A DNA stretch of 62,270 bases from Hyphochytrium catenoides (taxonomy: Eukaryota; Protista; Hyphochytriomycota), in contig FLMG01001718.1 in the NCBI GenBank assembly GCA_900088475.1, forward strand, positions 1 through 62,270, written 5' to 3'. How positions within the stretch are numbered: the stretch's first letter is position 1; the number at the start of each line of letters is the position of its first letter. The notes beneath the pieces were generated by a model, which ran no database searches, was not told where the DNA came from, and saw nothing but the letters and a program-made list of their open reading frames with translations. The position numbers and the translations under genes are program-made. Shown piece after piece: positions 38,557 to 50,717 of the stretch.

Positions 38557-41500
38557 ATGGAGGGCCTTGGAAGAGGAAGGGGAAGAGGCCTGACTCTCCC
38601 CGCCTGGATGACCAACAAAAATGGTCCCCAAGCAAAGCCTGCGGCTGCAACGCCCAGCGTCCCCACAGCAACTGGCGAGCCCACTCTTGGGTCTCAATCA
38701 AACGTAACATCCACTCTGTCCAATCCTTTAGCCAGCCAGACGGCAGATGCTCCCATAAAGCCTACACCTACTTCTATACCTGGTATGTCGGCCTCTGCAA
38801 CGTCTGCATTTAGGCCCAATCCTTCCTCCGGAGCTTCCCCGGCCCGTCCTACAACTTCCTCCGGTGCTGCTAGCCGTCCCCCAATGGCCCCAAGCTCCTC
38901 GATGTTGTCCTCTTCTGTCGCTGGCGGTGCCTCCGTTCTCCCACCTCCAGGAGGCAGTTCTCTTCTCCCTTCTGGAGGCGCCGGTGGCTCTTCCGTTCTT
39001 CCAACTCCAGGATTTCCTCCTACTTCTTCTGCTGGATACACTCCTCCGCCGACCACTGGCTATACTCCTCCTCCAAACCTTGGCTATACGCCTCCCCCCA
39101 ATGCTGCTGGATATACGCCACCTCCCAACGCAGCTATGTACAATGCTCCAAATATGGGATACACCCCTCCTCCGACCATGGGATACACCCCGCCACCTCG
39201 GTTCCCAAGACCAATGATGCCCATGATGCCTCCCGGAGGTTAGTCTTGTCGCACTTGGACTTGTCCCTTCTCTCTCCAATGGGGTCTTGTTTCTCGACTC
39301 CTCCTCTCATCCCTTTGTTTTATGCCGGGGCTAAGTAGCTGCTGCTGCAGCTGACGCCACGCTTTGGTCTCTGAGGTCACCATGAATGTTATCAGTAGGA
39401 CTGTCTCCTTGCGAATTTACTCTATGTCTGCTTCTGGTTAAGTCCTCTCTTCCACTCTTTCACACTTCTCCCTTTATACCTCTTATCTAACCCATGATTA
39501 CCTCTCTCCGTGTTAACCAAGCAGCCTACGGCCAGCCGTTTCCAATGGCGGCACAGAACTTTGGTGCGCCCATGTATTATGGTGCTCCTGCTGGTCCTGC
39601 CGCGGCTGCCGCTGCTGCAGCCAATCCTTACATGGCAGGACCTCAACCCGTCACTGCTCAGACAGCGGCAGAGTTAGCAGACTGGAGCGAGCACGTAGAC
39701 GCTGCCGGCCGTTCCTACTACTATAACAAGCGCAAGCACATCAGCACCTACGACAAGCCAGACTGTATGAAGTCCACAGCTGCGAACACTCAGGCAGAGT
39801 GCCCTTGGAAAGAGTTCACTGATCCTAATGGTCGCAAATACTATCATAACACAATGACCAAGCTCTCCGTCTGGGAGGAGCCAGAGGAACTCAGGGTAAA
39901 GAGCTTAATGCTTCACCTCTTGGACCCTAGACTTCTCTCTGACTCGCTGTCTCTTTACTTCCGCAGATCTACAAAGCTCGTCAGGCCGTTGCTCAGATGG
40001 TAGCTCAACAGCAGACCACTAGCAATGGGGTCTCCGATAAGCCAGCTGGGGATAGCTCCGCAGATACTGACGAAAATGGGGCTCCGCAAGGTCAAGAGGA
40101 GATGGATCAGGATACTAATGACCAAAAGAAACCCGATACCCCGGATGCTGCGCCAGAGAAGGCGGAAGAGCCTGTAAAGATGCCTTCGGCAGGCAAGGTG
40201 AATGTGACGCCAGCGGTCCCCAAGGCGGCTCCTGAGAAAAAAGCTGTAGAGTACACCAGCAAGGAAGAGGCTACCCAGGCATTCAAGGTAGGATAAGAAC
40301 GAGATGCATACAAGATAATAAAGGCAGACAAGGGACAAGAGGAGAAGGGGAAGAGAGACACACAGAGAGAGACGAGAGTTTATGCGGTTGCGGGTGTGAA
40401 CGAGAAGGAGCGAGAGAAGAGAGAGAGGGAGAAAAGAGGAGAGGAATGAGATGTTCCTGCATGAGTGCGACCGCTACGAGGGTTCTTGAAGCAGAGGCGC
40501 AGAAGGAGGACTATGGCTCTCTTTGGTTAACTTCTGGCTTTTCTTTTCGTCGGACACTCGCTTATATTGCATCTCGCTGTTCTGCCTTCCCTTCTGGCGT
40601 TATCTCCTTTGCCATAGGCTCTTCTGGCGGACAAAGCAATCTCCTCCACGATCAAGTGGCAACAGGCCATGCCTCTTATCGTTAACGATGAGCGGTTTGG
40701 TGCACTCAGGACTCTGGGAGAGAAGAAGCAAGCCTTTGCTGAGTATCAGAACCAAAAGTCAAAACAGGAGAAAGAGGAAAAGAGACAGAGGGCAAAGAAG
40801 GCTAGGGAGAATTTTATGAAGATGCTTGCCGCTTGTGATAAGATCACTGCACATACAAGATGGAAGGAAGCCACAGAGCTTCTTGGAGAAGACCCGCGCT
40901 TCTCAGCTGTAGAAGATTCCTATGAAAGGGAAGAGCTCTTCAGAGACTTTGTCTCTGAGCTCAGTCGCTCGGAGAGAGAGCACAGAAGGAAGAAGAGAGA
41001 GGAGGGAATGACTGCTTTCTCTTCTCTCCTCTCTGAGCTTAAAGAAAAGATAACAGTCAAGACAAGAATGAAGGATATAGAGGAATGGGCCGGAGAGGAT
41101 GAAAGGTTCCTGAAGGCCGAAAAAGCTGACAGACAGCACTGTTTGGACGACGTTATCAGGGAGTTAGAGAAGCAAGAGATGGAGCTGCGCCGTCAAGAGA
41201 GAGAAGAGCAAAGAAGACAAGAAGCAGAAAAGAAGGAGGCGTTTTCTGCCCTGCTTCTCCGCAAGGTGGCCGAGGAGGCTATCACTCCTGCTACCCGCTG
41301 GAAAGACTTTGAGCCTTCTCTGCTGGAAGAAGAGGAGTACAAGGCCCTTCTTCCCTTCCCCAATGCTGCACGCAGTACCTTTGAGAGAGTAGTGGATGAA
41401 CTTAGAGAAAGCTTCAAGAAAAGCAGGAGGTACATCGTGGATATAATGACAGCGCAGAAGGTGGAAGTGACATATGAAACGAGCTATGAAGAGTTCGTGG

Positions 41501-42782
41501 CAAAGCTGAAGGAGGCAGAGAAGGAGAAAGAGGAGAAGGTAGGAGAGAGAGCTGAAGGAGAGAAAGCAGATGCCTTCAACCTTGGACAGATCTTAGAAAA
41601 GAACGAGAAGCACGTAAGGCTCGTGTTCCAAGACTTCTCTGAGGTGGCGCAGGCGAGGAAGAAAGAGGAAGAGAGAAGAAAGAAGAGAAAGGAGGAGGAC
41701 TTTGTGGATCTCTTGATGGATTACTACTACCGATCGGACCATGTTAATATTCCATGGGAGGAGGTGGGAACCTGTTCTCTGAACCATGTTCTCTTTCTAT
41801 ATTCCTTTTTCTCTTTCTTCCTTTGTGCTTGTATTCACTTGAGAAGACGTGCTAACATCTTCTTCTTGATGTGCAAGGCCACTGCCGTGTCCCTCCCTCT
41901 TTCTCTACTTTTGCCTCTAACTCTTTACGATGCGTCTGGCCTCCGCATGTGTTTCGTCAACAAGCATCAACTCTGTTACCCAGCCTGAGTACAAGGCCTT
42001 GCGGACTCCTGCTTCCATCTTTTTCTATTCGCTAGTTTCTACTCTTACTAATGACCGACCCTTCTGGTTCATTATCTTTTAAGTTTACCATGAGTAACAT
42101 TGCTCTTCTTCTTTTCAAGGCGCGGAGAGAGTTAAAGCACCGCTCAGCCTACAAGGCGATGGATGAGGAGGATTGCCATAGAGTGTTCGAAGAGTATATG
42201 GAAGACCTCAGGAAGAAGATCAGGAAACTCAAGGGAAAGCAAGAGAAAGAGGAGAGCCCTCCTGTCTCGCCTGCCAAGGACAAAGCAGAGAGTACAGAGG
42301 AAGTCAAACCGGAGGGTCCCGCTGACCCTAAGGAGCAGGATCAACAGAAGAGAGAAGAAGGAGAGGAAACGGAGAAGCCAAAGGCTGAAGCTGCTGAGGT
42401 CAAAGAGAAACTGGAAGAAGGAGAAGAGAGAGAAAGACGACCACGTTCACCGTCTTCTTCTCGCTCTAGATCCCGCTCCCGCTCTCGGAGTAAGAGTCGT
42501 AAGCGAGACAGATCGCGCAGCAGGAGCAGAGAGAGGGGAGGTCGCAGAAGGAAGGGAAGAAGCCGCAGTCGCTCAGACAGTGTGTCCAGCCGAAGTGGTA
42601 GCTCCGAGGATGAGAAGCGGGCATCCAAGAAGAAGAAGAAGCATGACAAGGACAAGAAAAAGAAGAAGAGAAAGAAGCAAAGCAGCGGCAATAGCAGGAA
42701 GAGGAGACACCGGGACGAGAGTGAAGATGACAGGAGTAGTGGAGATGAAAGCAGAGATGGCGGCAAGAAGAGGAGAAGATAA
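38557..42782 (+). CDS. PRP40: Pre-mRNA-processing factor 40 (U1 snRNP; 2 WW, FF repeats, RS/K-rich tail), 5 exons
   Basis: WW domains WSEHVDAAGRSYYYN..STYDKP and WKEFTDPNGRKYYHN..SVWEEP; FF repeats (YTSKEEATQAFK, DERFGALRTLGEKKQAF, TRWKEA..DPRF..REELF); RSRS tail. Confidence 0.95.
39031..39198 (+). repeat. Coding repeat encoding six GYTPPP units within the PRP40 N-terminus
   Basis: Translation AGYTPPPTTGYTPPPNLGYTPPPNAAGYTPPPNAAMYNAPNMGYTPPPTMGYTPPP. Confidence 0.9.
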
Positions 42783-44282
42783 GGTAGACGCCTTCTCTCC
42801 CTATACACAGTCAATCCAAAGAACACATGTTAGTTATTGCGTCTCGCTTATTGACCTCAGCAGCAGATGTCTCTCTCGTCGCTCCCTTGGTAGCTTTCTA
42901 TGCTTTCTGGCTCTTGTCCAAGTGTCTATCGCCTGTCTTTATAATCGTGATTCGTCGTGTCCGTCCTCACAAAAGCCGCAGCGTTGGAGGCACGCCAGAA
43001 ATGTTCTGAACTGTCAACCATCTTTTTATCCCTTTCTCCTGAAAAGGGTATATCTGGGAGGAGTGATCCACCTCTGCCACGCAATCTATCCTTGCGTCTC
43101 TCGTCTCCCAACACTCTCGTCCTCCCACTCTCTCTCGCTCCGCCTGTTCTCATTCAAAGTTGGCTCATAGTCCACTAAGTTGTGATCCAGACGGAGAGTC
43201 TGGCCACCTCCATCTATCTATGCGATGTTCTGTTAAAGGAGAGACATGAATAGCAAAGGTACAGTCACGTGACTAGCAGAGGGGACAAGCCCATCTTCTG
43301 CACGCCATGAACTATGGAAGGTAGACCATGCGATGCTTTCGAGAGAGAGGGAGCCCGAGACGAAGATCCTTTGGTCTTCCCGCCTCCTGTCGTCCTGACG
43401 CCCGCTAGCTCCTCTGCATGCAGACTGGCCATCGACTCTACTTAGAATAGTATTGGCCATGACTTTGCCACATCCAGCCAGGTCTCTGAGTGTGAAAAGC
43501 CTCCTAGATGTGACGGGAGAGTGGAGAGCACTACGTCCGGTGTGTTGTGTGACTGCCAAAGTTGCCATTGAAACCGCTGCCTGAAGAGCAGGAGCTATGT
43601 TGAACTTGACCACTCGTCATCCATTGCTATCATACACAGAAGCTGGCGGATCAAGAGTAGGACAAGAGACGCAGGAGGTCAGCCAGCATCAGCTTGTTCA
43701 AGGATAGAGTGTCTCCCCCTAGGAGTGGGCACGAGCGTGTTATCTACGTCTAAAGCGCGATGTGGTAGGGTCATGATGACCATGAGTTAGCTCCTTTTCT
43801 AGTACCAGCGGCTCCACTTTTGAAGAGATCACGAGAACGCCGCACTGGACCTGAGCTAAAGGTCCGATTCTCATAGAGCTCCACTCGTCATGTCTCTCTC
43901 TCGTCCACATCCTTCTCCCCCGAACCCCATTATTCTACACCTCTCTCGCTAGCTTCGTTAATTTTCCATTCTCCCTTGACTCTGTCTCGTCCTTGACCTT
44001 AACCTATTCTTCATAGGATCATTGCTGCTCTCTCTCGTCACTACTTTCTGGCGGAGGCTTATATAGCTTGGCCAGGTACCTAGCGCCACTGACAAGGAAA
44101 AAGAGATGAGAGTTTCAGACTATCAGAGAAGCGCTGAGCAACATTCCTGGTGCGAGAAGAACTTGCTATTATGTTATAAGACGGGAACGTAATGAATCCT
44201 AGGGACAGGCCGGGGTCCAAACTTAGATTCAGGAAGCAGGTGCTTCTCTTTGTGATGAAGGTGAAAGTAAGGAGGGCGAGAC

Positions 44283-46618
44283 TTATGACTGTCTGTTCTT
44301 CCAGACAAGGTACTTGGTGTCTCCCAGCTGTCGGGGAGAGATCTTGTGTTTCAAGAAGAAGAGAACCGCTAGCAGGAAGCAGATGGCACCAACCGTAATG
44401 TACGCGATACCTATATCAATGAGGAAAGAGGATGCGTTCATTACCCAGATGCGAAAACATTTTGGAAACAGACAGGATGAGAAGGGAAAGAAGTGATAGC
44501 GAGAGATAAAGAGAAAGCGCTTGACAACCCTGGAAACTTCATGGCAATAGTGATGTAAAGAAGGGTTCGTCTCTGTTTACCTAGAAAAGGGTTCTTGCCC
44601 CCGAACCAGGACGTGGTAGAGATGACCAGGAACTTCGATCCATCAAAAGTTGCAACCACGAAGTCTGAACAGAGGAGACGAGAAAAGGTCGTAAGTTGGG
44701 AACTTCCCTGTGACCAAAATGACGTAACGGGGCCTTCTCAATTGGGAGGGAAAGAGAGGCACACAGCTGTTCCCCTGTTCCTCTCTCGCTTTTATCCCAT
44801 GCGATCTGCCCTCGTCTTTCCCTCTCTATTTCTCTCTTCTATCTTCCACTTACTGCTCAAAATTCTGAACTTCAGCTTGGTACCCTTCTCCAGCTTTTGA
44901 TCGATTCGGCCATAGAGCTTTCTAAAGTTAGGAAGGCCTGCCGTCCTCATCCACACAATGAAGTGCTCATTAGTCACCCCATACTCGGCGGTAGCCTCAG
45001 TCCACGCCGTCTCATTTGTCGGCTCTTGGAAGGGCGCGCCTTGGATTATCCGAGAGTATGCTGGGTTGTTCCATAGAAACATGGTGCTTCTATTCTTCTC
45101 TGAACGTGGGCTCATATAAGTGACGCCCTCTGGATTCTTGAATTTATGGTTTTTGTCTGAGGCCCAAGCAATGCCCGACTGGCTCATCTTGTAGCCATTA
45201 GCTAGGGACTCGGGAGACAGTTTAATTACATCTAAACAAAGAAGAACAAGAAACATCAAGCAGGAAGTGAGATTAACGATGTGATAAGCGAAGAGATAGC
45301 TACATGGGGAAGCATCTATTCTTTCCCTTTTCACCGCAGCAGTCGTTCCGGGTCAAAGGTATATCCCAGCATCCACCAAATATAAACCAAGCAGAAAGCA
45401 GGAACGGTTATGATGCACTATTCTACCCAGGTGTGGGGTGTGGGGAGAGAGCGCGACATAGCACAAGCACAGGGGACCTGCTTCTTACCGTTGAACATGC
45501 TCGTAGCAATCAGGCCACATGGGTAAGGCCATCTTTCTGCAACCTCACCGTCATACAGTTGGCCGAAGGTACTGTTATCCATAGCAAGTACTTTGGGATC
45601 CTCATCCGTACAGGGCCTATTAGTGTCATCGGTAGACGCCGTGCCTCTAAGCTGGTCATCACTCTTGGACTGGACGTAGCGCCGGTGGTTCTGATAGAAG
45701 TTGTTAAGCTGATAGTACACATAGACCGGTGGATTCATGTCCTCCGTAATGTTGAACTCAATCTCGCAACTCTTCTCGGGACTGAATTGATTGCCGTCAT
45801 CGATAGTCTTTAGAGCACAGCCCCCAACGTCAAGCCCATTAGTCTCTGTTCCGGGACCATCGTACTGGACAGCGTATTCGACGACCTACCCATTCGGACG
45901 CGCGGAAGGATTAGTGTACTCAATAGATAAAGAAGGACGTGACGAATGCGGTGGACAGAAACGTAGGAAGATGATCTGGATGTTCCCGGACTCAGTAGTC
46001 CCACACCCGTCTAGTCTAGCCCATTGCCTATCCTTTCTCTCTTCTTGGTCCCTCTGCTCTCCTTCTCTCTCCTTCTTCGCTGATTATCTCCTGTTTCCGT
46101 TTTCTCTAGCTCTCGTTGGAGGCGCTTTGCTTTATGGGAAGAGTGAGGCTTAAGGACTCGCTCATCCCTTCTACACCTTTCCACCTCAATATGTCAAATA
46201 GTAGCACTGTCCTTCGTCACTATCTTCACTTTCTCATAGCTTCGGACGCTTCCGAGCTGTCAAGTGAGCTTACTGCGCTTACCTTATTGGAAGCTGTCAA
46301 CAGGATCACACCCACAGGTATAAAGATGATACTGATGGTCAAGAAGGTCCCAAAGACCCAGCGAGGAGTTAGAATAGGCTGCCACGCGTTGAGCTTCTGC
46401 TGCTTGAAAGGGCTGTCTGTTAGGACCAAGCGAAGACAGGGACAGGAAAACAAAATCAGTCCGGATCTGCAAAAGAGCGAAGGGGATCGAAGACAGAGAG
46501 GAGGCTCGCCTCTCACTTGATTATCCCATTCCCATCTAAGAGACCCGATTCAGACTTTCTTACCATCAGGCTTTCTGCTCTCCTTCTTCTCCTCCTCAGG
46601 CTGCGCTGGTGCTGACAT
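44283..46618 (-). CDS. CDC50: CDC50/LEM3/ALIS P4-ATPase flippase beta-subunit, 6 exons
   Basis: FKQQKLNAWQPILTP, YYQLNNFYQNHRRYV, PCGLIA, GIAWASD, EHFIVWMRTAGLPNFRKLYG, STTSWFGGKNPFLGIAY and SPRQLGD. Confidence 0.96.
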
Positions 46619-49600
46619 CCTATAGAAAGCAATGAGCTATTGCGTTAGAGCAGCGGTGATCTATGCTCAATCTTGCGGAATCGTCCACCTGCACAGCTAG
46701 AGTCTGTCTGAAAGAGGCCCAAATCGGATCGGCTGCTGCAGCTCTTGTCACTCCCGACCTCGATGCAAAAATCCACTAGAAAGTCTCCACTGCCTAGAAC
46801 TCCTATGCCAATCGTAGAGTTTTATCTCCTGAGGCTGCTATGCCCGCCGAAGCCTTACTTCTTTGGCGATAAATCTCCGTTATTCGTATGACGAAGGTCC
46901 ATGACTGCGATAAAGTGCTAAGCTTTGCCGTTATGGCAAGAAAAGCCATAGATAATGTTCGCAGTTCGCTCCTCTAACTCAATCACTTGCCGCTCATCAC
47001 CTGCACAGCTATGCGAAATGCAAGGGGAATAAAGACACAGAAAGGACATCACCTATCCGCGATATGTAGGGTATAACTTCACTTTGTTCCTGATAACGTC
47101 AATGCTATTCCACACTCTCCACGACGGTGCGGTTGTGGGAGTTTCTGGACTCCATTCTCCTGTCTGGGATAACTGACAAGACTGTCATTATCATTTCTAA
47201 TATTCCAAGCCGTATACCATAACCTGAACACACGGTTCTGTACTCTACTGTACATCGTCTACAGCGTACAACAGGTGAAGACCTTCCTTGGTGTTGTTGG
47301 AGGCAATGAACATGATGATGAACTTCAGTGATCTTTCTATCTTGATAATGTGCAGCTCTTTATGGAACTTTATTAATCTTTTCTATCGACTTTTTTTGAG
47401 GTATGCTCCTCGCTCCTCAACGACGGCAGCATAGTGGGGCTCCTCATCGTGAGGGCCAGATAACTTCCTAATTCAGGGGCGAGGAGAAGCAGCTCTAATG
47501 ATGATTATTAGCAGCAGGACTACTACTCCTGCTCCTCAGAACGACGACGATGTTCGATCAACAACCCGACTACTAGTTTTTCCTAACTATCTACTACTCT
47601 GGGAACGAAAGTGGTATAGTAGCAGCAGGTGCATGATCACTATGAGCAGGGACAGTATCCTCAGCGAGCCCTGTCTGAGAAAGGTTTGACCCAACTGAAC
47701 TCGATTGAGCCTCGCTCCTCGTGCCTTCCATTATGACTGTTTTTATTATTTATGCTATCATCGTCGTAGGGAAAAAAGGGCGAGCAACTCTTTTTCACAA
47801 ATTAAGCTTCTTCTTCAGCTATTGACGTCGCCATATAGAGGATTAGGATGATGATAACAAGGAAGGCGAGACCCTAGCTTAAGCTTAAGCTTCTGTTTTT
47901 GACGTCGTCGCTGTAAGAAGGAAAGAGAAGCAAGGGAGACAAGGGCCAAAGAGAAGAGAAGAGAGAGCTAAGACGTGAGCAGAGCAGGAGTGAGGAATTA
48001 TGGAGTCCGACTGTGGTGGAGAAGATGGCCATCTGTCCTCAGCAGTTAGGAAGTGTACTTCAAATTGCAAAGTTTGAAGACTGGACTTTATTATTATTAC
48101 CCTGCTCCAAGTCCTCTTGTCTGCTGCATACAACCTAGAATCCTGCACAAGTTATTCATTCATGAATGATGATATGCAGAGCCATTGCTCTTATCCATCT
48201 CACTTCTGCGTGTCGTGGCCTTCATTTCTTTTTTGCTTATTTTCTGCCCTTGTTCGGCTTCGCTGGTGGTTTAAGATATTATTCAAATGATCTGATTCAT
48301 AAGAATAAGCAGCATGGATAATAGTCCTTCATTAGCTTATTATCATATACTACTATGACCATACCACCCATGCTCAGTGGTATGCAGCTTGATTCTTCTA
48401 AAGACTTCATTATGACTCCGTTGCTACTACCTTAGTTCTTTCACGCCTACCAGAAGAAGAGGGAGGAGGAGGAGTGATGAATACCATAGCATTCAGATGT
48501 ATCATCAGTAATACTCTCCTCGTACTACAGGAAGAGACCAGCGGAGGGAGGAGGAGGACAACGAGGAAGAAGGAAAAGGCAGGATGATAGAAGTAGAGGA
48601 TAATAAGAAAAGCAATTATAACGATGAAGATGATGATAAAGCTGCATAGTAGGAAAATAAGGAGAAAAAAAAGAAGAGGGAACACCATATCTGTTAGTCT
48701 TCTTACTGCTATGACCATCATTACCTTCAAAATTCATCCCATTAACTAGAGTACTGATACTATTATGATACTCCGAAAGAAGTAAACATCATAAAAAAGA
48801 GCACTACTACAACGCAACGCTCGCTCACTTGACCACCGAACAGCACGCCGCCATATGTGCTACTATTATGATCTACCTATAATATATCTAGTAGGTAGTA
48901 ATTGTAGCAGTTATTACATCTGGTTACTTTGTTTGCTTTTTTGCTTGGCACACCACCACCATAATTACCACCGTTGTCGTTCCCGCCGGGGGGCTGTCTA
49001 TTACTAAGAACAACTACTACTGGCGCGTCGGCGGCGGCGCGGCCTCCTCATTCATAACTACTACGGAGGAGGAGGAGGAGGGCCTCGTCGTTCATTGTTA
49101 CGGAACGAAGTTCAGAAACAACAACGAAAGCGATAATAACAGATAGCTCTATTATTATAATACAGCAGTGGTGGTAAGAAGAAGATTTACTACGGAGTAC
49201 TTCTTATTATTATCTCTAAGATCAGTGCTGCGTTGTCACGATCACGACGTTGCCCTGCCTGCTGCCTGCCGCCGTGGCCGTTAGTTGGTCCCACGCACCG
49301 TCGTCCAACGGTCACACAACTGTTTTTTTGCTGTTTTTATATCCTCATGCTCCTCCTTCTCTCACGACCGTTAGTAGCCCCACATTGCCGGCTCCTTTTC
49401 GCGGGTTTTGCTGGTGTTTTGCACCTCCATTTTTGGAAGATATTCGGTTTATGATCAGGACAATTTTATGTTGTCCCTTCTGCACAGAGAGAAGGACCGC
49501 GGAATATCATTAGGTAAAAGAGTTAGTAATTGACGGTAAATATATGTAAGGAAGAACAGCGTGACAGAGCCTCGGAGAGTTATTAAACACTTTAGTGTAC

Positions 49601-50717
49601 TGAAGGAAATCAACAAGAAAGAGTGCCTGTGAGATACAAGCAATAGACGGCAGACAGCGTTCGTTGAAGGGTAGGACAAGCCTAGGAAACCCTGGCTCTG
49701 TAAAAGCAAGAAAGTGTTCTGAGAAAGGCTACAGAAGACAGAGTCGGGTCCAAGATACCGCCATAGCGGACCCTGAACAACAGACAGATCGGTTCGACCA
49801 CAGGTATAAAGTTAGTGGTTATAGCAAAAGAGAGACATAGAACTGGTGGGAGACCGAGAGTGAAGGCCAGAAGGCGAGATAGAGGGCGGCCACCAACCAA
49901 AAGAGAAGAAAAAAAAAGAGTTGAGAGAACAGGAACAGAAGAAGGCAGCGGCGGACCCACAGCACACTTGTTCAATTTCAGCATCCCTCATAGATCCTAC
50001 CACTACTAGTTCCAAGCTTGTCATTGCTCATTCATTACCTCTCCTCCCGCGCCTCCTCCACCGCCGCCAACAACAGCCACCATACAAACAAGCTACGTGT
50101 TGGCCGTATAATAGAGGAAGAGACAGAATCATAGGGACGAGGCGGCCTCAGCATCATCATCACTATCATCCTCCTCCGCTGCTTGGTGAATGCTTTATAC
50201 GATGTACGTACCAGCTGCTGCTAGTGTGTCTTCCTGCTCTTCTCGGAGCTGAAGAGCTTACAAGCAGCATCTGGTATCTGGGGGATACTGCTGAAAAGAC
50301 GCCATGCCCTTGGACAACAAGAAATGAGTGCTGAAGAACAACAGGCTCGTCTGCTTTTCTGCTTTACCACGTGAGTATAAGTAAGCAGACTCTGATGCTT
50401 CCTTCGTCTTCCATATTTCTAGAAGTTGTTCTTCATTCAATACTATGATAATAATTTTGATGCACGCAGAAAGCCCTGCTTATATAGACAAAGGGAGGAA
50501 CTTCTGTTAAAAGTTACCATCCGACGAGGAGCCTAATCATCCTTACTCTTTTCTCTTCTCCCCCGCAGCGGTTTGCCTTCGCTCAATTATATTGTCACCT
50601 GCAGTTCGGGCGTCACGTTATGACTAAGAAGGATGCTATCTTGGAAATTGTGTCATTATTACCTGCTAGCTTCTTCCCCCAAAGGTACAAAGTAGGGAGA
50701 TCCGGATAGATAGCACA

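Noticed and set aside
43610-43892. Repeated ATGACGAGTGG and a nested hairpin downstream of CDC50 (SECIS-like?)
   Set aside because: Neither flanking gene has an in-frame TGA, and SECIS geometry is not met.
46900-50300. Possible decayed transposon or viral insert in the gene-free interval
   Set aside because: No transposase, RT, integrase or capsid motifs, and no terminal repeats were recognisable in the frames I read.
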